In this document: piece after piece, positions 30,094-35,962 of the stretch
How the letters are laid out: the number at the start of each line of letters is the position of its first letter
Position numbering within the stretch: the first letter of the stretch is position 1
IMG/VR virus record: IMGVR_UViG_3300028588_000058
Location: 1 to 35,962 of that record
Direction: 5' to 3' (one strand)
Length of the DNA stretch: 35,962 bases
Origin: a virus
Lineage: Duplodnaviria; Caudoviricetes
The notes under the pieces: generated by a model
Databases searched by the model: none
The model's input: only the letters and a program-made list of their open reading frames with translations
Told to the model about the DNA's origin: nothing
Position numbers and translations under genes: made by a program

Positions 30094-30219
30094 ATGAAAA
30101 AATCCACAAACTTCAATGGCAAAGCGAAGATCACTATCGCCAACAAACTCATGTCCGTGATTCTCGCCGGAGCGCTCAACGTCGCCACAGTAGGTAATGG
30201 TAACCAGGCCCATCCTTAA
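30094..30219 (+). CDS. 41-aa small protein
   Basis: CAGGAG RBS and its own terminator. Confidence 0.5.
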   Translation: MKKSTNFNGKAKITIANKLMSVILAGALNVATVGNGNQAHP

Positions 30220-30238
30220 AATTCCTTAGATTTGAAGT

Positions 30239-30269
30239 AAAAAGACCAGCGAATGCTGGTCTTTTTTTT
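30239..30269 (+). terminator. Intrinsic terminator
   Basis: AAAAAGACCAGC-GAAT-GCTGGTCTTTTTTTT. Confidence 0.85.
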
Positions 30270-30356
30270 CGTCTGTAGATAAGGCTTTAAGACGAAACGT
30301 GCTAAATAGTGGAACAACAGAGGCACATAAGCCGCAACAATAAGAGGGGTAACCCC

Positions 30357-32096
30357 ATGTCATTCAACGGGTCAGGGACTTTTGTTCCACCAGCTGGCCA
30401 GCCAGTAGTAACAGGGACTGTGATCCAGTCCAGCACGTTCAACACATTAGTCGCGGACATTGGGAACACGTTCAACAACGTACTGCCGCGCGACGGCCAA
30501 GCATCAATGGCTGGGCAACTCAAACTCATAGACGGAACTAGCAGCGTCCCCGGTATCGCATTCAACAGCGAAGCGTCATCTGGCATCTACCGTCCGTCAG
30601 CCGGAATGATGGCTCTGGTCGCATCTGGAGTTGAAGTCATGCGCTTGAACAACGCCGGTCGCGTGATGATCGGCTCCACGGCAGATGACGGCGCGAACAA
30701 GCTCCAAATTACCGGCGCAACGAAGATTACCGGCGCCTTGACCGTGACCGGCGGCATTACCGGCAATGTAACGGGAAGCGCTACCAGTATCAGCACGATT
30801 GTGCCAGTAACGCTCGGTGGTACTGGCGTCGCAACGCTTACTGGACTGGCATACGGCAATGGCACTGGAGTCTTTACAGCGTCCACAGCAGCCCAAGTAG
30901 TCAATACCTTGGGCTTCCTACCATACAACTCCACCAACCCAAGTGGCTACCAGAACGCAACGCAATTGGCGGCAGTAGCAGCAGCTCATCTTCCGCTAAC
31001 CGGCGGATCATTAACTGGCAACCTGACATTCGCGAACAACACCGGTTTGTTCTTTAAGGATACGAGTGGAACATCGCGTCAGACATTGATCTATGCGAGT
31101 GACAACAACCTGTATCTGAACATGCCATCCAGCGGCAATCTGGTTTTCTCGAGTTCGTCTGGTGGTGCGAGCATCGCAACCTTGCAAAATGGCGGTAATT
31201 TCACGGTATCTGGAGCTCTTGTCGGTGGCGGCGTCGTTTCCACCGGCAACATTACGGCCTCGGGCAGTTTGACCACAACTGGGCAAGCCAATTTCAACGG
31301 AATAATCAACGCCCAGTCAACACAGACCTTGAAGTTGGCTTTGATGACAGGCCCAACCATAAACGGCTACATCGCATCGGACTCGTCGTACTGCTTCCGC
31401 ACTATTAATTCGACAAATCAGCTGTACACGATGAACGTCGATAACAGCGGTAACATGACGGTTCCAGGCAATGTCGTTGCTTCGTCAATTGTCGGCTCAG
31501 GAAGTGTCCAGGGTGCCTACGTCAATAGTACGGGTAACATTAATGCTATAGGCTCGATTACCACGAACGGCAGCATCTTAAACAATAGCGCCACTGGTGC
31601 AGGCGGTCAAATTAGCAACTTCAACGTTGTCTATCTGAACGGTACAAACGCAGCCAACCCGCAGATTGGACTGAACAACATTAATGCAGGTTCTAAGTCG
31701 ATCCGTGTCGGCAGTGGCAACAGTTTGGAAGTAGTGAACAGCGCATACAGCGCAGTTATTGCTTACTTGACCGATGCCGGTCAGTTCACGGCCAACGTGA
31801 TCACGCAGTCGTCGGATGAAACAAAAAAACAAAGCTGGAAATCTGTCGCACCGGACTTCCTGGCCAAGCTCGCTGCAATCGAAAAAGTAGGTATGTTCGA
31901 ATGGATCGAATCGAAAGAAACCAGTCTGGGTATCGGTGCGCAATCGCTTGAAAAAGTGTTGCCAGAGGCTGTTCACACCGATGACAAGGGCGACAAGACA
32001 GTCAACTACGGCGGAGCTGCAATGGTATCGGTTGTTGAGCTGACCAAGCTGGTGTTTAAGCTAGAAGCGCGTATCGCTGAATTGGAGGGCGCGTAA
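30357..32096 (+). CDS. Tail fibre with C-terminal intramolecular chaperone (peptidase S74-like)
   Basis: MSFNGSGTF head-binding start, G/T/N-rich repeats, SD..KK autocleavage motif, GIGAQ and terminal coiled coil. Confidence 0.88.
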   Translation: MSFNGSGTFVPPAGQPVVTGTVIQSSTFNTLVADIGNTFNNVLPRDGQASMAGQLKLIDGTSSVPGIAFNSEASSGIYRPSAGMMALVASGVEVMRLNNAGRVMIGSTADDGANKLQITGATKITGALTVTGGITGNVTGSATSISTIVPVTLGGTGVATLTGLAYGNGTGVFTASTAAQVVNTLGFLPYNSTNPSGYQNATQLAAVAAAHLPLTGGSLTGNLTFANNTGLFFKDTSGTSRQTLIYASDNNLYLNMPSSGNLVFSSSSGGASIATLQNGGNFTVSGALVGGGVVSTGNITASGSLTTTGQANFNGIINAQSTQTLKLALMTGPTINGYIASDSSYCFRTINSTNQLYTMNVDNSGNMTVPGNVVASSIVGSGSVQGAYVNSTGNINAIGSITTNGSILNNSATGAGGQISNFNVVYLNGTNAANPQIGLNNINAGSKSIRVGSGNSLEVVNSAYSAVIAYLTDAGQFTANVITQSSDETKKQSWKSVAPDFLAKLAAIEKVGMFEWIESKETSLGIGAQSLEKVLPEAVHTDDKGDKTVNYGGAAMVSVVELTKLVFKLEARIAELEGA

Positions 32097-32581
32097 TGAC
32101 CTTACAGGCAAGCGGCGCAATAAGCTTAACAGACGTACTTAACGAACTGCGTATAGCGAATCCCGGACGTTCTGGAGTTATCTCGCTAGGTGATGGTGAC
32201 GTTCTTGCACTTGCGGGAAAGGGTAGTCCGCCGATTTCCTTGAGTGATCTTTACGGAAAGAGCATCTTCAAAGCTACAGCAACCAGCGAATACACATCGG
32301 TTTCATCTATTCAAGCAGGTGGCACATGTTATTCGTCACCTTACATTACGGCCATTGGTGGCTCAGGCACTATTACTTACCAATGGACAGTTTTGTCTAA
32401 TGTTGGCAGTGCGATTTTTAGATTTCCAAATAATGCAACTTGCCAGCTATCACGTGCATTTTCCAAGCTCAGCCAAGGTTCATTCGATGTCGAACTTCAA
32501 TGCGTAGTCGCTGATAGTGCAGGTCACTCAATCACGTTGACAGGCATCACTGCCCACGGAGACTGGTACAACAACAGCTAA
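32096..32581 (+). CDS. Putative fibre-tip / receptor-binding adhesin
   Basis: MTLQASGAISL..V..EL...ISLSDLYGKS N-terminus typical of fibre-tip proteins; TAATG coupling. Confidence 0.7.
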   Translation: MTLQASGAISLTDVLNELRIANPGRSGVISLGDGDVLALAGKGSPPISLSDLYGKSIFKATATSEYTSVSSIQAGGTCYSSPYITAIGGSGTITYQWTVLSNVGSAIFRFPNNATCQLSRAFSKLSQGSFDVELQCVVADSAGHSITLTGITAHGDWYNNS

Positions 32582-32593
32582 TCGAGTAGATAA

Positions 32594-32830
32594 ATGAATT
32601 TTATTAAGCAACTTATCACAGGCGTCGACAACCAAACAGTTGATGTTGCACGCGTCCTCTGGGTAGTCGGTGTTATCGCCTTCCTTGGATTGACAGGCTT
32701 CCAAGTCTATAAGACGGGAGCGTTCGACATGGTCAACTATGCAATGGCATACAGCGGCTTACTTGCGGGTGGTGCTGCCGGTGTAAAAATTAAAGCGAGT
32801 ACCGAACCTCGTCCAGATGAAGGTAAATAG
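32594..32830 (+). CDS. Two-TM membrane protein, holin-like
   Basis: Two hydrophobic segments; position after tail genes. Confidence 0.6.
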   Translation: MNFIKQLITGVDNQTVDVARVLWVVGVIAFLGLTGFQVYKTGAFDMVNYAMAYSGLLAGGAAGVKIKASTEPRPDEGK

Positions 32831-32892
32831 GTGAACGGCCAATAGTTGGCTGGGAGAAGAGTAATGAAATATTTAAGTAAAGAAGGTGCAAT

Positions 32893-33093
32893 GTGAACCA
32901 CGACGTAGTCTCAGCGGTTCGACAAGCAGGGGAGGCCGCTGCCGCTAGTGTGACCGTGCTGACAATCTTCAAGTTGCTTCCTGCGATCACCGCAGTGTTA
33001 GCGATTGCCTGGTATGTCGTCGGATTTGTGGAGAAGATTACAGGCAAGCCATTCAGTGAAACCCGCCTTGCAATGTTCCTGTCTGGGAAATGA
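32893..33093 (+). CDS. Putative holin
   Basis: 66 aa, hydrophobic, LPAITAVLAIAW; GAAGG RBS; TAAATA at 32824. Confidence 0.6.
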   Translation: MNHDVVSAVRQAGEAAAASVTVLTIFKLLPAITAVLAIAWYVVGFVEKITGKPFSETRLAMFLSGK

Positions 33094-33153
33094 AAGCAGA
33101 AAGGTCGGGATTATCGAAATGCCAGTTTCTCGATTTATCCTGATTTTTGATCA

Positions 33154-33352
33154 GAAAGTGTAAGCTATCTTCTATTAGATGCCTTTCTGGTTATCCTATA
33201 AGATAGCTTACACTTTTTCGCTTTGATCAAAAGCGAAGCTCGCTTCTACGAAGGCATCTGGCAAGTCAAGGACAGTAACCGGCTCGCAAGCTGAGATTTG
33301 TATTTGCTTTTTTCCAGGTGCTTGGTTGAAATACCGATTATTGGAAATGGCG
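33154..33352 (-). repeat. Long inverted repeat copy B
   Basis: Reverse complement of 2946..3145. Confidence 0.95.
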
Positions 33353-33490
33353 ACGGGTCTGCAAGCTGTATGAGACCTAATGTCACCAGTAGCTCGTGTC
33401 GTCACTAGAAGACGCACCATACGACGCGGCGCTTGCACCTGACGTTAGGTAGTACATCACACGATTAAACAGCCAGACGCCGGAAATAAC

Positions 33491-33515
33491 GAAGCCCGCT
33501 ATTAGCGGGCTTTTT
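33491..33515. terminator. Intrinsic terminator
   Basis: AAGCCCGCTA-T-TAGCGGGCTTTTT. Confidence 0.75.
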
Positions 33516-33531
33516 GCTGTCTGAAGATAAT

Positions 33532-33747
33532 TTAGTAGTCGTACGCGTCGCAATGGCCGCATGGGTTCGACAGGCCAGTACGCACAAGCGCGTCAAACAC
33601 TTCACAGCCACTAACTTCATTACTTGCTGCGACTTGCATTACTGCTTCGGCTTCCGTTGCGCCAGTTTCGATGTAGCCCAAGTATTCCATCAGAAATGCG
33701 TTGTCGTTTGCGTTAGTCATTTTGTTTTCCGTTATGTTCGTTTCCAT
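33532..33747 (-). CDS. Small acidic hypothetical protein
   Basis: ORF between two terminators; start at 33747 or 33720. Confidence 0.5.
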   Translation of the reverse strand: METNITENKMTNANDNAFLMEYLGYIETGATEAEAVMQVAASNEVSGCEVFDALVRTGLSNPCGHCDAYDY

Positions 33748-33818
33748 AACCGGATGATGCGTTCTGCCTAATGGCTCATCAACGGAAGAATCATTCGTAC
33801 TGACATTCTTTTAGCCGT

Positions 33819-33845
33819 AAAAAAAGCCGCTTGTTAGCGGCCTTT
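33819..33845 (-). terminator. Intrinsic terminator
   Basis: AAAAAAAGCCGCT..AGCGGC downstream of the 33869..34303 gene. Confidence 0.7.
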
Positions 33846-33868
33846 GTATTTTTGCTTAACTAGTTCAT

Positions 33869-34303
33869 TTACGCTGTGGCTTCAGTTTTCGTCTTGCGTG
33901 GAGTGCGTGCGCTTTCCTGAAACGCAGTATCCAGTTCCCCGGCTTCTGCCGCAGTCTTGGCAGCGTCTACAAGAGCCACGGCTGCATTTGCGTCAGCCAC
34001 CTTGAAGTGGGCTGCACCGTTAAGCGTCATTGCGCTGTTGCCGTTTCTGAAGTTAATTAGGTATCCATCTGAAAGCTTGCGGAAGAATTTGCCCGTTTCG
34101 CCGGTTCCTTTGATCAGCTTAATTGTCTCGTCGCAGTTTGCAGCAAACTTAGTGCGTGCATTGATCAGCGGATCACGTTTAACAGCAATGCTCGACAAAT
34201 CCGTAATTGCAGTTGCAAGCGTGGAAAGCTGGACTAGAAAGCCCATTGGTGCTTGCTGTTCGGTTTCGTTTGCTGCCACCACTACGTTTGCGTTCTTAGC
34301 CAT
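33869..34303 (-). CDS. Hypothetical protein
   Basis: GGAG RBS; terminator downstream. Confidence 0.75.
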   Translation of the reverse strand: MAKNANVVVAANETEQQAPMGFLVQLSTLATAITDLSSIAVKRDPLINARTKFAANCDETIKLIKGTGETGKFFRKLSDGYLINFRNGNSAMTLNGAAHFKVADANAAVALVDAAKTAAEAGELDTAFQESARTPRKTKTEATA

Positions 34304-34499
34304 TTCTTTTCTCCAGTTTTTGCTGCATCAGTGCAGTACATCTATTGGACAACCAGGTGATGGCTTCATCAAGCAAAGAATGACAACGACTTCACAACGA
34401 AAATTATTGTTGATTTTTCGACGCTATGAGTGCGTTTCCTGAGAAGGATTGTAAATAAGGGTGAGCGAAAAAATAAACCTAGCTCACAGGAGAAACAAC

Positions 34500-34865
34500 A
34501 TGCCAATCAACTTAACGCCCCAAATTCTGGACATCATCATTACGAAGATCACACCGAAGACTGTATGGTATGACCTGTACCGAAGCGGGCAATCAGAGAA
34601 ATGGAAGATCCCAGCAGGTAGCAAGTTCAATACTGCAACGCTTGTGATTGGACAGCGATACCGCGTTGAAAGCATCGTAGTCGTGGTGCCGATGCGAGAC
34701 CGTATGACCAGAAAGCTCGTGTACCGCCAACGGTATGATTGGGCAACCGCAGCAATACTTTTACCGAAGGCTAAGCTTGTAGCCCAGACAGCAAAGCAGC
34801 GAAAGACGCGTGAAGCGCAAGATGCGAGACCGCTTGTCGATACAGAAGGCTTGTTCAGCTTCTAA
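34500..34865 (+). CDS. Hypothetical basic protein
   Basis: AGGAG RBS, TAAATA at 34452, terminator downstream. Confidence 0.7.
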   Translation: MPINLTPQILDIIITKITPKTVWYDLYRSGQSEKWKIPAGSKFNTATLVIGQRYRVESIVVVVPMRDRMTRKLVYRQRYDWATAAILLPKAKLVAQTAKQRKTREAQDARPLVDTEGLFSF

Positions 34866-34883
34866 CTATCGAGCAAACAAGCG

Positions 34884-34911
34884 AAAGCCCACTGCATTGC
34901 AGTGGGCTTTT
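34884..34911. terminator. Bidirectional intrinsic terminator
   Basis: AAAGCCCACTGCA-T-TGCAGTGGGCTTTT. Confidence 0.8.
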
Positions 34912-34958
34912 CGGCTTTTCTTTATGAAAACGCCTAATTGGAAGGCTAAGTTCAGAAT

Positions 34959-35543
34959 TTAATCATTTCGCGTGTCCTTTAATAGGACCTGCGAATTTAA
35001 TTGGTTGATCAAATTTAGATAGTAATGCATTGCTAGGTCCGCTACCACTATAGGCTCAGCTGTTCCCTGTCCGATTCTTTCTGCAAAACTCACACCAAGA
35101 TGCACGCGTGCTGGTTGGTACGTAACACCGCGATTTGTCACGGGGAGTAAATGACGATCCCACGAATCCCACTCAAGCACGAATTCCACTGCTCCGGTGG
35201 CTTTTGCGCGTAGATTTCCGTCCCACTCCTTTGCGATTTCACTCACCGTATGTTCATCCGCATTTCGTGCATGGCGGAGGTAGCACAGCAGGTCATCGTT
35301 TTTTCGCAAGTTTTTTGCGGCGTCTAAAATTAATTTACAATCGTTTCGGCCGGCAACAGCTGCTTCAGCTTTGTTCCACGTCCGCTCTAGTTTTTGAAGA
35401 AACTCTCGCCAATACATGTCAAACGTTGCAAAGTCGTCGGTTAATTGCGACTTAATCATTTTTTGGTAAAAGCTGATCGCAGCGATTAGTTCCTTCGACG
35501 CGTGATGCAGCAAGCTACCTTTTGGGAAAGGTTTATTTTTCAT
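34959..35543 (-). CDS. Att-proximal moron with HEPN-like motif
   Basis: LRHARNADEH (RNxxxH) motif. Confidence 0.65.
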   Translation of the reverse strand: MKNKPFPKGSLLHHASKELIAAISFYQKMIKSQLTDDFATFDMYWREFLQKLERTWNKAEAAVAGRNDCKLILDAAKNLRKNDDLLCYLRHARNADEHTVSEIAKEWDGNLRAKATGAVEFVLEWDSWDRHLLPVTNRGVTYQPARVHLGVSFAERIGQGTAEPIVVADLAMHYYLNLINQLNSQVLLKDTRND

Positions 35544-35601
35544 CAGCCGAATAGTTAAGTTCGCGCGCTAAGCCAGATTTAATGTCGCCACAATCACCTA
35601 A

Positions 35602-35620
35602 TTTGTACAAATTTTGTACG
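35602..35620. promoter_or_regulatory. Putative integrase arm-type sites at the right end
   Basis: TTTGTACA and TTTGTACG with the same 11-bp period as the left end. Confidence 0.65.
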
Positions 35621-35671
35621 CGAGGCTTGTGACACGCTGCAGCCCTACTGGCATGCGACTGTTAGCCAGTC

Positions 35672-35746
35672 TCACAAGTAGCTGATGTACTGCAGTGCTG
35701 CCGCGACCGATTCGATCAGGTCGTCTTGGGTAATCACGGTTGCCAT
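35672..35746 (-). pseudogene. Captured 5' fragment of a class I fumarate hydratase gene
   Basis: Translates MATVITQDDLIESVAAALQYISYL*, resembling the class I fumarase N-terminus (..IxQxDLIxSVAxALQYISYYHP). Confidence 0.8.
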
Positions 35747-35754
35747 GTTCGCTC

Positions 35755-35874
35755 TTTCAGAAGTACCAGGAATGTTCTGTTTAAGAATGCTTGTCGTTGT
35801 GCGTGCTCATCACGATGCGGTCGGTGTAGGCAATTGCCATGGCCGAGAGCAGGAACGCGAAGTGGATCAGGGTC
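35755..35874. repeat. Right attachment repeat; element-supplied replacement 3' end of the yqhA-like gene
   Basis: Direct repeat of 1..121. Confidence 0.93.
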
Positions 35875-35962
35875 TGGAAGAACAGCGTCTTCACATCGTA
35901 TGACGACGCGTTGATGAAGGTCTTGAGCAGATGAATCGACGAAATGCCGATGATCGCCATCG
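35781..35962 (-). CDS. yqhA: Host YqhA / TIGR00645 (UPF0114) membrane protein, 3' part
   Basis: MAIIGISSIHLLKTFINA...QTLIHFAFLLSAMAIAYTDRI; runs off the window end. Confidence 0.85.
   Translation of the reverse strand, partial: MAIIGISSIHLLKTFINASSYDVKTLFFQTLIHFAFLLSAMAIAYTDRIVMSTHNDKHS

Larger units (their letters stand above)
1..35874. mobile_element. Integrated prophage or phage-satellite-like element with podovirus-type virion genes, inserted in the 3' end of a yqhA-like gene
   Basis: Terminal direct repeats, an integrase next to the left repeat, and a contiguous terminase-to-tail-fibre module. Confidence 0.95.

Noticed and set aside
30357-32581. Diversity-generating retroelement or invertible tail-fibre cassette
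   Set aside because: No reverse transcriptase, invertase or duplicated fibre-tip sequence seen
1-35962. CRISPR array, tRNA, rRNA or IS transposase
   Set aside because: No regularly spaced repeats, cloverleaf or transposase motifs recognised by eye

Overview
This window is an apparently complete ~35.75 kb integrated element, probably in a betaproteobacterial host (Oxalobacteraceae-like; inferred). It is bounded by an imperfect ~120 bp direct repeat (1..121 and 35755..35874) that duplicates the 3' end of a host YqhA/TIGR00645-family gene. It encodes a tyrosine integrase and an accessory/defence region (HNH nucleases, HEPN-motif proteins, H-NS, one LexA-boxed gene). It also encodes a full short-tailed virion module: terminase, portal, scaffold, capsid, adaptor, nozzle, ejection proteins, tail fibre and holin-like genes. 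I could recognise no repressor, replication protein, sigma factor, antiterminator, endolysin or spanin. Instead, nearly every transcription unit of the virion module, and several others, is preceded by TAAATA, the core of T4-type gp55 late promoters. Two ~200 bp structured inverted repeats sit almost symmetrically about the att site. Best hypothesis (inference): a self-encapsidating satellite prophage that makes its own virion but is switched on, replicated and released by an infecting T4-like helper phage. All product calls come from motif recognition and synteny by eye, not from database searches.
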